Assembly (NCBI GenBank): GCA_937982505.1
Contig: CALJLV010000084.1
Coordinates: 4,826-68,825 of the forward strand
DNA: 64,000 nucleotides
Reading direction: 5' to 3'
Source: an uncultured Desulfobacteraceae bacterium
Lineage (GTDB): Bacteria; Desulfobacterota; Desulfobacteria; Desulfobacterales; UBA2174
Part shown: one piece after another, positions 38,053 to 47,523 of the stretch
Layout: each line of letters starts with the position of its first letter
How positions within the stretch are numbered: the stretch's first letter is position 1
Position numbers and translations under genes: made by a program
The notes under the pieces: model-generated
Told to the model about the DNA's origin: nothing
Databases searched by the model: none
What the model saw: the letters and a program-made list of their open reading frames with translations, nothing else

Positions 38053-38886
38053 ATGCAACGCATCGGACTGATCGCCGGAGGGGGGCAATTTCCCCTCCTT
38101 TTCGCCCGCGCGGCGGCAGCCCGCGGCTATCAGGTGGTGGCCGCGGCCCACCACGGGGAAACCGCCCCCCAGCTGACCGAGGCGGTTCACGCCATCGCCT
38201 GGTTCCATCTGGGCCAGCTGGGGCGACTCATCCGCTACTTCAAGGAACACGGGGTCCAGGAGACCGTGATGATGGGGTCGATCCGCAAAGCCCGGCTCTT
38301 TACCGAACTGCGTCCGGACATCAAGGCCATCGCCATCCTGGCGCGCATGGCCCATACCCTCGACGACGGGGTCCTGCGCGCCTTTGCCGGGGCCATGGAA
38401 AAGGAGGGGATCCGGGTGCAGCCGGCCACCTTCCTCCTGCCCGAACTGCTCGCACCGCTAGGCTGCTGGACCCGACGGCGGCCCGGCCGCGGCGAGACGG
38501 CCGATATCCGCCTGGGCCACGGCGTGGCGGCGGCCATCGGGAGGCTGGACATCGGCCAGTGCGTGGTGGTCGAGGGAGGCTCGGTCCTGGCGGTCGAGGC
38601 CATCGACGGCACCGATGCCACCATCCGCCGCGGCGGGAGCCTGGGCAGCGGCCAGGCCGTGGTGGTCAAGATCTGTAAACCGGACCAGGACCGGCGCTTC
38701 GACATGCCGGCGGTGGGCCGCGACACGGTGGCGGCCATGCGCGATGCGGGGGTCAAGGCCCTGGCGGTGGAAGCCGGCCGGACCGTGGTCTTCGACCGCC
38801 AAGCCATGGTCGCCCTGGCCGATGAACAGCGCATCGCCATCGTCGGCCTGGACCCCGGGGAGGAACCGCCGCCATGCCACCGTTGA
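38053..38886 (+). CDS. lpxI: UDP-2,3-diacylglucosamine diphosphatase LpxI (DUF1009 family)
   Basis: ORF 37975..38886 trimmed to ATG 38053 (MQRIGLIAGGGQFPLLFARAA...). LpxI-like C-terminal pattern GQCVVVEGGSVLAVEAIDGTDATIRRGG ... VVVKICKPDQDRRFDMPAVG. Position between lpxA and lpxB. Confidence 0.85.
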   Translation: MQRIGLIAGGGQFPLLFARAAAARGYQVVAAAHHGETAPQLTEAVHAIAWFHLGQLGRLIRYFKEHGVQETVMMGSIRKARLFTELRPDIKAIAILARMAHTLDDGVLRAFAGAMEKEGIRVQPATFLLPELLAPLGCWTRRRPGRGETADIRLGHGVAAAIGRLDIGQCVVVEGGSVLAVEAIDGTDATIRRGGSLGSGQAVVVKICKPDQDRRFDMPAVGRDTVAAMRDAGVKALAVEAGRTVVFDRQAMVALADEQRIAIVGLDPGEEPPPCHR

Positions 38887-39863
38887 AAGCCGCCGTCATC
38901 GGGGTCGGATACCTGGGCCGCTTTCATGCGGCCAAGTACGCCGCCCTGCCGGATGTGGTTCTGGTGGGGGTGGCCGACACCCGGGCGGCACAGGCCGAGG
39001 CGGTGGCCCGGGATCTGGGGTGCCGGGCCTTCGGGGATCACCGTGAGCTCATCGGGCGGGTGGATGCCGTGAGCATTGTCGTGCCCACCCCGGCCCATTT
39101 CACCGTCAGCCGGGATTTTCTGGAAAACGGCGTCGACGTGCTCATCGAAAAGCCCATCACCACGCGGCTGGATGAGGCCGACGCCCTGATCCGCCTGGCC
39201 GAGGCCCGCGGCCGGCTGATCCAGGTGGGGCACCTGGAACGCTTCAATCCGGCGCTGCAGGCCGCGCGCCCGCACATCGGCCGGGTGCGCTTCATCGACA
39301 GCCATCGCTTGAGTCCCTACCAGCCGCGGGGCACCGACGTATCGGTGGTGCTGGACCTGATGATCCACGACATCGATCTCATCCTCAGTGTGGCCGCTGG
39401 CCCGCTGGAGGAAATCCGGGCCGCCGGGATGGCGCTGGTGTCGGCCCATACGGACATCGCCAGCGCCCGCCTGACTTTTGCCAGCGGATGCGTGGCCAAC
39501 CTCACCGCCAGCCGCCTGGCCGCCCGCAGCGACCGCAAGATGCGCCTGTTTCAGTCCGACGGCTGCCTGACCGTCGATTTCGGGCGCCACCAGACCACCC
39601 TCCTTCGGCCCGCTCCCCGAGATCCGGCGCCGGCCGACACCGAGGGGATGGCCGGCCTGCGGATCGAAAAGCTCGATCCGGGACCCGGGGATGCCCTGGC
39701 TGCCGAGATCCGCGCCTTCGTCACGGCCGTGCGCCGGCGCGCCGAACCGGTGGTGAGCGGCCGCCAGGGCCGCGCGGCCCTGGCGGTGGCCCTGGAGATC
39801 ATGGACGCGATCCAGCGCGGCACCGAAACCTTCAACACCCATTCCTTTCCGGAGCCTTCATGA
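38874..39863 (+). CDS. Gfo/Idh/MocA-family NAD(P)-dependent oxidoreductase embedded in the lipid A operon (possible sugar-nucleotide 3-dehydrogenase, GnnA-like)
   Basis: 329 aa. N-terminal Rossmann KAAVIGVGYLGRFHA, EKP motif (VLIEKPITT) and a C-terminal alpha/beta dimerisation domain. 13-nt overlap with the lpxI end and ATGA overlap with the lpxB start. Confidence 0.85.
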   Translation: MPPLKAAVIGVGYLGRFHAAKYAALPDVVLVGVADTRAAQAEAVARDLGCRAFGDHRELIGRVDAVSIVVPTPAHFTVSRDFLENGVDVLIEKPITTRLDEADALIRLAEARGRLIQVGHLERFNPALQAARPHIGRVRFIDSHRLSPYQPRGTDVSVVLDLMIHDIDLILSVAAGPLEEIRAAGMALVSAHTDIASARLTFASGCVANLTASRLAARSDRKMRLFQSDGCLTVDFGRHQTTLLRPAPRDPAPADTEGMAGLRIEKLDPGPGDALAAEIRAFVTAVRRRAEPVVSGRQGRAALAVALEIMDAIQRGTETFNTHSFPEPS

Positions 39864-41011
39864 CCTCCCGGACCATGATGATCGTGGCCGGCGAGGCCTC
39901 GGCCGATCTTCACGGCGCCCGGCTGGTGCATGCCCTGCGCCGCCGCTGGCCCGAACTGGACTGCTTCGGCATCGGCGGGCCGGCCCTGCGCCGGGCCGGC
40001 ACCCGGATCCTGGTGGAAGCGGCCGACCTGGCCGTGGTGGGCATCACCGAGGTGGCCGCCAAGGCCCCCGCCCTGCTGCGGGCCCTGGTGCTGGCCCGCG
40101 GCGAACTGGCCCGGCGGCGGCCCGGTCTGCTGGTGCTCATCGACTTTCCCGATTTCAACCTGCTGCTGGCGCGCAGCGCCAGGCGGCTGGGAATCCCCGT
40201 TCTCTACTACGTCAGCCCCCAGGTCTGGGCCTGGCGCCCCGGGCGGATCCGCACCATCGCCCGACGGGTGGACCACATGGCGGTGATCCTGCCCTTCGAG
40301 GCCGCCCTCTACCGCCGTCATGGGGTGCCGGTCACCTTTGTGGGCCATCCCTTGATGGACGGCGCTGCGCCGCCGGCCGCCGGCCCCCGGAGCGGTCCGG
40401 TCCAGGTGGGGTTGCTGCCCGGCAGTCGGGATCGGGAAGTCGAACGCCATCTGCCCGTCATGATCGCGGCGGTGGAACGGCTGCGCCCTCGCTATCCCGA
40501 GGCCGTCTGGCGCGTCTCGGTGGCGCCCACGGTGGCCTCTTCACGGGTGGACGCCATCCTGGCGGGCCACGGGACCCCCGGGGGCTATGAGACCGTGGCG
40601 GGCCGGACCAGCGACCTGCTGGCCGCCAGTACCCTGGTGGTGGCCGCCTCGGGGACCGTCACCCTCGAGGCTGCCATCGCCGGCACCCCCACCATTCTCC
40701 TTTACAAGGTTTCGCCGCTGAGCTACCGGCTCGGCCGCCGGCTGGTCCGGGTTGCCCACATCGGCCTGCCCAACCTCATCGCCGGCGCACCGGTGATCCC
40801 CGAACTGATTCAGGACCAGGCCACCCCCGAGGCTGTCGCCCGCCACATGGCCGCCCTGCTGGACGACCCGCAGTCCCGCGAACGGATGCGCACGGCTCTG
40901 GCCCAGGTGCGCCGGCGGCTGGGGCCGCCCGGGGCCAGCGAACGGCTGGCGGCCATCGCCCAGCGCATGATGAGCGCTTCCCCGGGGCCGCCGAAGGCAC
41001 CGGCGCCATGA
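39860..41011 (+). CDS. lpxB: lipid-A-disaccharide synthase
   Basis: ATG 39860. Motifs: MTSRTMMIVAGEASADLHGARLV..., IDFPDFNLLLAR, YYVSPQVWAWRPGRI, LLPGSRDREV. Canonical LpxB (GT19). Confidence 0.93.
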   Translation: MTSRTMMIVAGEASADLHGARLVHALRRRWPELDCFGIGGPALRRAGTRILVEAADLAVVGITEVAAKAPALLRALVLARGELARRRPGLLVLIDFPDFNLLLARSARRLGIPVLYYVSPQVWAWRPGRIRTIARRVDHMAVILPFEAALYRRHGVPVTFVGHPLMDGAAPPAAGPRSGPVQVGLLPGSRDREVERHLPVMIAAVERLRPRYPEAVWRVSVAPTVASSRVDAILAGHGTPGGYETVAGRTSDLLAASTLVVAASGTVTLEAAIAGTPTILLYKVSPLSYRLGRRLVRVAHIGLPNLIAGAPVIPELIQDQATPEAVARHMAALLDDPQSRERMRTALAQVRRRLGPPGASERLAAIAQRMMSASPGPPKAPAP

Positions 41012-42768
41012 GATTCCCCCCTCTCCCATCCTGGTCCCCCCGCCACCGCCAGCTGCTCGATCTGGTGCGGGCGCACTGGGGACGGCTGGCCTGGTCCATG
41101 GTCTGCATGCTGGTCATCGCCGCCGCCACGGCCAGCACGGCCTACCTGGTCAAACCGGTGCTGGACGACATCTTTTTCAGCCGCAACCAGCGCATGCTGG
41201 TGCTCATCCCGGTGGCGGTGATCGTCATCTACCTGCTGCGCGGCGCCGGCATGTACGCCCAGGAATACCTGATGAGCTACGTGGGCGAACGCATCATCCT
41301 CAGGCTGCGCACCCTGCTCTACGATCGCATCCAGGACCTGCCCATCTCTTTTTTCCAGCGCGAAAAGACCGGGGTCCTGATGAGCCGCATCACCAACGAC
41401 GTGAACGTGATCAAGGCCATGGTCTCCTTTGCCGTCACCAGCAGCCTGAAAGATTCGTTCACCATCCTGGGCCTGGTGGGCGTCATCTTCTACCGGGACT
41501 GGAAGATGGCCATCTTCGCCCTGGTGATCCTGCCCCTGGCCTTTTTCCCGGTGGTGGCCTTCGGCCGCCGCGTCCGCCGGGCCTCCACCGGCTGCCAGGA
41601 AGCCATGGCCGACTTGAACGTCTTTTTGCACGAAACCCTCGCCGGCAACAAAATCGTCAAGGCCTTCGGCCGCGAGGCCCACGAAAAGGCCCGTTTTCGG
41701 GAAAAGACCGAAGCCCTCTTCAAGGTGGAGATGCGCGCCGTGGTGGCCCGCAGCCTCTCGTCGCCGGTGATGGAGTTTCTCGGCGGTCTGGGCATCGCTT
41801 TTATCATCTGGTACGGGGGCAGCAAGGTCATCGCCGGCACCTCCACCGCCGGCACCTTCTTTTCCTTCATGGCGGCGGTCCTGATGCTCTACGACCCGGT
41901 CAAGAAAATCAGCCGGCTCAACAACGTCCTGCAGCAGGGACTGGCGGCCGCCGACCGGGTTTTCGACATCCTCGAAACCGGATCGGAGATCGCCGATCCT
42001 CCGGATCCCCTTCATCTGCCCCGCCGCCCCCATCAGGTGGCCTTCGAGGATGTCTGGTTCCGCTATGACGACCACGACTGGGTGCTCAAAGGGATCGATC
42101 TGGCGGTGGCCGAAGGCCAGGTCCTGGCCCTGGCGGGGATGAGCGGGGGCGGCAAGACCACCCTGGTCAACCTGATTCCACGCTTTTTCGACGTCCGGCG
42201 CGGGGCCGTGACCATCGACGGGATCGACATCCGCCGTCTCTCGGTGGCCGCCCTGCGCAGCCGGATCGCCGTGGTGACCCAGGAGCCGATTCTCTTCAAC
42301 GACTCGGTGCGCTACAATATCGCCTACGGCCGCCCCGGGGCCAGCGAGTCGCAAATCATCGCCGCCGCCGAGGCGGCCAACGCCTGGAGCTTCATCCAGG
42401 CCCTGCCCCGGGGGCTGGACACCTGCATCGGCGAGCTGGGCGGACGGCTCTCCGGGGGCGAAAAGCAGCGCCTGTGCATCGCCCGGGCCCTGATCAAGGA
42501 TGCCCCCATTCTGATCCTCGACGAGGCCACCTCGGCCCTGGACACCGAGGCCGAGATGCTGGTGCAGCAGGCCCTGGTGAACCTGATGCGCGGCCGGACC
42601 ACCTTCGTGATCGCCCACCGGCTGTCCACCGTGGAACGCGCCGATCGCATCGCCGTGGTGGTGGACGGCCGCATTGTCGAGCAGGGCGATCACCAGGCCC
42701 TCTTGGCCTGCCGGGGCGAATACTGCAAGCTCTACCAGATGCAGTTCGGCCAGGAGCAGGACCCATGA
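41008..42768 (+). CDS. msbA: lipid A export ABC transporter permease/ATPase MsbA
   Basis: 586 aa. Six-TM type I exporter domain. Walker A GMSGGGKTT, signature LSGGEKQRLCIARA, Walker B ILILDEATSALD. ATGA overlap with lpxB. Confidence 0.88.
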   Translation: MRFPPLPSWSPRHRQLLDLVRAHWGRLAWSMVCMLVIAAATASTAYLVKPVLDDIFFSRNQRMLVLIPVAVIVIYLLRGAGMYAQEYLMSYVGERIILRLRTLLYDRIQDLPISFFQREKTGVLMSRITNDVNVIKAMVSFAVTSSLKDSFTILGLVGVIFYRDWKMAIFALVILPLAFFPVVAFGRRVRRASTGCQEAMADLNVFLHETLAGNKIVKAFGREAHEKARFREKTEALFKVEMRAVVARSLSSPVMEFLGGLGIAFIIWYGGSKVIAGTSTAGTFFSFMAAVLMLYDPVKKISRLNNVLQQGLAAADRVFDILETGSEIADPPDPLHLPRRPHQVAFEDVWFRYDDHDWVLKGIDLAVAEGQVLALAGMSGGGKTTLVNLIPRFFDVRRGAVTIDGIDIRRLSVAALRSRIAVVTQEPILFNDSVRYNIAYGRPGASESQIIAAAEAANAWSFIQALPRGLDTCIGELGGRLSGGEKQRLCIARALIKDAPILILDEATSALDTEAEMLVQQALVNLMRGRTTFVIAHRLSTVERADRIAVVVDGRIVEQGDHQALLACRGEYCKLYQMQFGQEQDP

Positions 42769-42800
42769 CGCGAATTTTGGCCACGCTTCCCGGATAAACC

Positions 42801-43940
42801 ATGCCAACCCTCATCGACCGCTATATTATGCGCGAGCTGGCGGCCCCCTTCGCGCTGACTGTGGTCTTTTTCACCTTTGTCTTTCTGATGGCGCGGATCC
42901 TGGAAATCACCAACCTGGTGGTCAACTACCAGATCGATGTGGCCGCCGTGGTCCTCATGCTCGCCTATGCCATGCCGCGCTTTCTCGAATTCGTGGTTCC
43001 CATGTCGGTGATGATGGCGGTCCTGCTGACCCTTCTGCGGCTTTCGGGGGACAACGAAATCGTGGCCCTCAAGGCCGGCGGCATCGGCATCTGCCGGCTC
43101 CTGCCGCCGGTGATGGCCTTTGCCCTGGCCGGCGCTCTGCTCACGGCGCTGATGACCCTCCACGGGGCCCCCTGGGGACGGACCGGAATCAAATCCCTGC
43201 TGGAACAGGCGGCCAACGCCGATCTGAGCCTGGCCATCAAGGAGCGCACCTTCAACGACGGGTTCGACGGGGTGATGCTCTACGTGAGCCGCATCGATCC
43301 GCAAACCCACGAACTGGAGGATGTCTTCATTCAAGACCAGCGCAACGCCCCCCTGGTGATCGTCGTGGCCGCCCCCCGGGGGCAGCTGGCCGTCGACCCG
43401 CAGAACCGTCGCTATCGCCTGCGTCTCTTTGAGGGATCGCTCCAGCGGGTCGACCTCAGCCGCCGCACCGCCGACACGGTGCGTTTCGACACCTACGACA
43501 TCGCCCTGGCCCCCAAGACCGGACCCGAGAGCGCCGGCGGCGGGGCAAAAACCGAAAAAGAGATGTCCCTGGGCGAGTTGCGCCGCCTGGTGGCCTCCCT
43601 GAAGGTCTCGGATCCGCGCTATCTGTCCATCCATCTCGAGTGGCAGCGGAAATTCTCCATTCCGGCCGCCTGCCTGGTGCTGGCCTTCATGGCGTTGCCC
43701 ATGGGGATCCAGTCGCGCAACGCCCGGCGCTCTTTCGGGCTGGGGCTGGGATTGATCACCTTTCTGGGCTACTACCTGCTCCTCTCGGCGGGCAAGGTCC
43801 TGGGCGAATCCGGGCGCGTGCCGCCGGTGGTGGGGATGTGGATGCCCAATATGCTCTGCGCCGCGCTGGGCGGATGGCTGCTGTGGCGCGGAGCCGGCGA
43901 GCGCCCCTGGCGCTGGCCCTGGGGCAGAGGCCGGTCCTGA
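42801..43940 (+). CDS. lptF: LPS export ABC transporter permease LptF (YjgP/YjgQ family)
   Basis: 379 aa: MPTLIDRYIMRELAAPFALTVVFFTFVFLM..., SGDNEIVALKAGGIG. Periplasmic beta-jellyroll region between TM3 and TM4. Confidence 0.88.
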   Translation: MPTLIDRYIMRELAAPFALTVVFFTFVFLMARILEITNLVVNYQIDVAAVVLMLAYAMPRFLEFVVPMSVMMAVLLTLLRLSGDNEIVALKAGGIGICRLLPPVMAFALAGALLTALMTLHGAPWGRTGIKSLLEQAANADLSLAIKERTFNDGFDGVMLYVSRIDPQTHELEDVFIQDQRNAPLVIVVAAPRGQLAVDPQNRRYRLRLFEGSLQRVDLSRRTADTVRFDTYDIALAPKTGPESAGGGAKTEKEMSLGELRRLVASLKVSDPRYLSIHLEWQRKFSIPAACLVLAFMALPMGIQSRNARRSFGLGLGLITFLGYYLLLSAGKVLGESGRVPPVVGMWMPNMLCAALGGWLLWRGAGERPWRWPWGRGRS

Positions 43941-43980
43941 CGGCGATGTTCACTTTTTCGGGATTTTCACCGGGGTACGA

Positions 43981-45057
43981 ATGCCGATCGTTTACCGCCA
44001 TGTGACGCGTGAAACCCTCCGGGTGGCGGCCATCGTCCTGGTTGCCGTGGTGGCGGTCTATCTGGCGGTGGATTTCTTCGAGAAGGTGGACGATTTCATC
44101 GAAAAGCAGGTGCCGCTGACCCGGGCCCTGGTCTACTTCACCTACAAGCTGCCCTTTGTCGCGGCCCAGGTTCTGCCCCTTTGCCTCCTTCTGGCCGTGG
44201 CCATCGCCTTCGGGCTGATGAACAAGCACAACGAGGTGCTGGCCCTCAAAGCCGGCGGGGTCAGCGCCGCCCGGCTGATGGTTCCGGCCCTGGCCCTCGG
44301 CGCCTTCTTCAGCCTCCTGCACTTGCTGCTGGCCGAGGCCGTCGTGCCGGCCACGGTGGACCGGGCCAACCGCATCTGGCGCACAGAGGTGCGCCGGGCC
44401 TCGGTAACGGTGTCCCAGGAGCGCAACATCTGGATCAAGGGGAACCGCTCGATCACCTACATCCGCCACTACCACGCCCCCAGCGGCACGATTCACGGGG
44501 TCGCCGTCAACCGCTTCGACGACCGTTTTCGGCTGGTGGAAAGGCTGGATGCCGAAACCGGGCGCTTTGTCATGGGCCGCTGGCAGTTGACGGATGTCAT
44601 GGTCCAGCACCTGGAAAGCCCGTCGGCGCCCATGCGGGTGGAATTTCGCCGCGACCTGGAACTCGATCTCGCCCTGGCCCCCGACGATCTCAAAAGGGCC
44701 GCCCCGGACAGCAGCGAGATGAGTTACCGGGACCTGCGCCGCCATGCGGCCAAGGTGGAGGCCGAAGGCTACGACGCCACCCCCTACCGGGTGGATCTGC
44801 ACGCCAAGCTGGCCTTTCCGGTCATCTGCACCATCCTGGCCATGGTCGGCGGCGGGCTCGGGCTGCACCGGCGGGCTCATGACAGCCTGATCCTGGCCGT
44901 GGCCGCGGGACTGGGCATCGCTTTTCTCTACTGGGTGTTTCACAGCTTCTGCATTTCCCTGGGCTACGGCCAGATGCTGCCGCCCCTGCTGGCCGCCTGG
45001 GCCGGCAACCTGGTCTTCGGCTGCGTCGGAGCCCTGGCGATGCTGGGGACGGACTGA
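43981..45057 (+). CDS. lptG: LPS export ABC transporter permease LptG (YjgP/YjgQ family)
   Basis: 358 aa: MPIVYRHVTRETLRVAAIVLVAVVAVYLAVDFFEKVDDF..., NKHNEVLALKAGGVS. Second paralogue directly after lptF. Confidence 0.88.
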   Translation: MPIVYRHVTRETLRVAAIVLVAVVAVYLAVDFFEKVDDFIEKQVPLTRALVYFTYKLPFVAAQVLPLCLLLAVAIAFGLMNKHNEVLALKAGGVSAARLMVPALALGAFFSLLHLLLAEAVVPATVDRANRIWRTEVRRASVTVSQERNIWIKGNRSITYIRHYHAPSGTIHGVAVNRFDDRFRLVERLDAETGRFVMGRWQLTDVMVQHLESPSAPMRVEFRRDLELDLALAPDDLKRAAPDSSEMSYRDLRRHAAKVEAEGYDATPYRVDLHAKLAFPVICTILAMVGGGLGLHRRAHDSLILAVAAGLGIAFLYWVFHSFCISLGYGQMLPPLLAAWAGNLVFGCVGALAMLGTD

Positions 45058-45060
45058 ACC

Positions 45061-46356
45061 ATGAATCCGTCTTTGATCCTCTACAACCTGCTCCTCCATC
45101 CGGCCCTGGCCCTGGGGGTCCCCCTGGCCCTGGCGAGCGCCAAACGGCGCCGGACCCTGGGGCCTCGGCTGGGGCTCGAACCACCGCCGCGGATCCGAAG
45201 ACCGGGCCGCCCCCTGTGGATCCATGCCCTCTCGGTGGGCGAGGTGCTCTCGGCCGTTTCCCTGGTGGCGGCGCTGCGCTGCCGCCATCCCCGCCGGCCC
45301 ATGGTTTTTTCCACCACCACCGTGACCGGCCAGCAGATCGCCCGGCGGCGGATCGCCGGTCTGGTGGACGGCATTTTTTACTTTCCCTGCGATCTGCCCA
45401 TGGTCATCGGGGCCCGGCTACGCCAGATCCGGCCGGCCGGGATCGTTCTGGTGGAGACCGACCTGTGGCCCAATTTCCTGCGCGCCGCCGCCGCCATCCC
45501 GACGGCCCTGGTCAACGCCCGCCTGAGTGCGCGCTCCTTTGCCGGCTATCGGCGCGCCCGGGCCCTGGTATCCCCGATGCTGCAAGGTCTGGCCGCCGTC
45601 GCGGTCCAGTCCCCGGCCGACGCCGACCGTTTCAGGGCGCTGGGGGTGGATCCCGCAAAGCTCCGGGTGGCCGGAAACCTCAAGTACGACCAGCCGATTC
45701 CCTCCGATCCCGCCGCCCAGGGACGGACCATGCGCCGGTTGCTCCAGACAACCCCGGAAGCGCCGGTTCTGGTGGCCGGCAGCACCCATCCCGGAGAGGA
45801 AGAGATACTGGCCGCGGCCTGCCCGCGATGGCGCCAACGCTTTGTGGACATGGTGTGCGTGGTGGCACCTCGCGATCCGAGACGCGCCGGCGAGGTCATG
45901 CGCCGCTTTGCCCGTCGAGGATTGACCGCCTGCCGCTGGAGCGATCTGGCCGTGGGCCGCCACCGGGGCCAGGCGGTGGTGGTTGTGGATCGGATGGGCG
46001 TTCTGGCTCGACTTTACGCCGCCGCCGATCTGGCCTTCGTCGGCGGCAGCCTGGTTCCCCGGGGAGGCCACAACCCCCTGGAACCGGCCGCTTATGCCAG
46101 ACCGGTGATCTACGGTCCGGACATGAGCGATTTCCGTCCGGTGGCCGAGGAACTGGAAGCCGCCGGCGGGGCCATCCGCGTCGCCGACGGCGAGGGACTG
46201 GCCGTCGCGGGGGAACGCCTTCTGGCCGACCGTAGCCTGGCGGTCCGAATCGGCGCGCAGGCACGCCGGGTGATGGCGGCCCACCAGGGAGCCGTGGCGC
46301 GCACCCTCGACCTGCTTGACGGCCTCGTTTCGCCCCGGGAGCGCAAAACCCCATGA
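45061..46356 (+). CDS. waaA: 3-deoxy-D-manno-octulosonic acid (Kdo) transferase
   Basis: 431 aa: LWIHALSVGEVLSAVSLV, VETDLWPNF, GGSLVPRGGHNPLEPA. Canonical GT30 KdtA motifs. Confidence 0.92.
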   Translation: MNPSLILYNLLLHPALALGVPLALASAKRRRTLGPRLGLEPPPRIRRPGRPLWIHALSVGEVLSAVSLVAALRCRHPRRPMVFSTTTVTGQQIARRRIAGLVDGIFYFPCDLPMVIGARLRQIRPAGIVLVETDLWPNFLRAAAAIPTALVNARLSARSFAGYRRARALVSPMLQGLAAVAVQSPADADRFRALGVDPAKLRVAGNLKYDQPIPSDPAAQGRTMRRLLQTTPEAPVLVAGSTHPGEEEILAAACPRWRQRFVDMVCVVAPRDPRRAGEVMRRFARRGLTACRWSDLAVGRHRGQAVVVVDRMGVLARLYAAADLAFVGGSLVPRGGHNPLEPAAYARPVIYGPDMSDFRPVAEELEAAGGAIRVADGEGLAVAGERLLADRSLAVRIGAQARRVMAAHQGAVARTLDLLDGLVSPRERKTP

Positions 46357-47465
46357 ACGGCGGGCACGGCTACCTCGAGACCCTCTGGAACGCCCCCCGG
46401 CGGCGGTCCCTGCTGTCCCCGGCGACCCTGCTTTCACTGCTGGCGGCCGTTTACGGCGGGGCCATGGTCCTGCGGGCCGAACTCTACCGCCGCCATCTTT
46501 TCCAGCGGCGGCAGCTGCCCTGCGGGGTGGTGTCGGTGGGCAACCTCACCGTGGGCGGAACGGGCAAGACCCCTTTGGCCATGGAAGTGGCCGCCCGGCT
46601 GCGGGACCGGGGCTGGCCGGTCTGCCTGCTGAGCCGCGGCTACCGGGGGACGGCGGAGCGATCCGGGGCCGTGGTCAGCGACGGCCGGCGAATCCTGGTG
46701 CCCGCCCGCGTGGCCGGCGACGAGCCCTGGCTCATGGCGCGGCGCCTTCCCGGGGTGCCGGTGATCGTGGGCCGCGACCGCTGGGCCTCGGGCATGACGG
46801 CGGCCAAGCGCTTCGGCGCCCGGGTGGTGGTCCTGGACGACGGATTTCAGCACCTGCGCCTGTCCCGGGACCTGGATCTGCTCCTCTGCGACGCCCAAAA
46901 ACCCCTGGGAAACGGCCATCTCCTGCCCCGGGGGCCCCTGCGCGAGCCCGCCACGGCCGCCCGGCGCGCCCATGCCCTGGTGCGGGTATACCGCGCCGCC
47001 GCCGCGGGCGCCCCGAGCCAGGTCCGCCGGCGCCCTGGCCAGCTCGTCCTGGAGGCGATCCTGCGTCCCTTTCTGGCCCTGGTGGCGGCCCCCGCCGGCG
47101 CCGCGGAGCCGTCCTCCCCGGGCCTGGACTGGCTCGAGGGGCGCAGGGCCCTGCCCTTTTCCGGAATCGCCGGCAACGCGGGCTTTTTCGACACGGTGGC
47201 CGGCGCGGGCGCCGACCTGGTGGGCCGCATGGGGTTCGCCGATCATCACCGCTACCACCGGGCGGATCTGGAGCGAATCGGCGCCGCGGCCCGCCGGGCC
47301 GGCGCCGACTGCCTCGTCACCACGGCCAAGGACCACGCCCGGCTGCCGCCAGCGGCCTGGCCCCTGCCCCTGGCGGTGCTCGACCTGGCCGTGGTCTGGC
47401 GCGACGCCGGCGCCGGCATCGACCGGCTCCTGGAAGATCGTCTGGCCGGGAGCGGGAGTGCTTGA
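46353..47465 (+). CDS. lpxK: tetraacyldisaccharide 4'-kinase
   Basis: 370 aa. P-loop VSVGNLTVGGTGKTP, LLSRGYRG, VVLDDGFQH. ATGA overlap with waaA. Confidence 0.93.
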   Translation: MNGGHGYLETLWNAPRRRSLLSPATLLSLLAAVYGGAMVLRAELYRRHLFQRRQLPCGVVSVGNLTVGGTGKTPLAMEVAARLRDRGWPVCLLSRGYRGTAERSGAVVSDGRRILVPARVAGDEPWLMARRLPGVPVIVGRDRWASGMTAAKRFGARVVVLDDGFQHLRLSRDLDLLLCDAQKPLGNGHLLPRGPLREPATAARRAHALVRVYRAAAAGAPSQVRRRPGQLVLEAILRPFLALVAAPAGAAEPSSPGLDWLEGRRALPFSGIAGNAGFFDTVAGAGADLVGRMGFADHHRYHRADLERIGAAARRAGADCLVTTAKDHARLPPAAWPLPLAVLDLAVVWRDAGAGIDRLLEDRLAGSGSA

Positions 47466-47523
47466 CAGCCTGAATGGGGGTCCCTATAAATCCAAACCCT
47501 TGTTGTCGATCACCGAAAGCAAC

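Noticed and set aside
40810-42807. 665-aa minus-strand ORF opposite msbA, and similar long antisense ORFs (27166..28665, 28812..30254, 43756..45288, 57005..58372, 62590..63942)
   Set aside because: Each overlaps a plus-strand gene with canonical motifs (ABC, PilS kinase, LysRS, LptG, YicC, fumarase). None shows any domain signature. All have skewed Gly/Arg/His/Pro composition.
46316-47473. 385-aa alternative-frame ORF over lpxK (also 45216..46235 over waaA and 44181..44882 over lptG)
   Set aside because: Same-strand, out-of-frame ORFs rich in Arg/Pro/Gly. The in-frame genes carry the LpxK P-loop, KdtA and LptG motifs.
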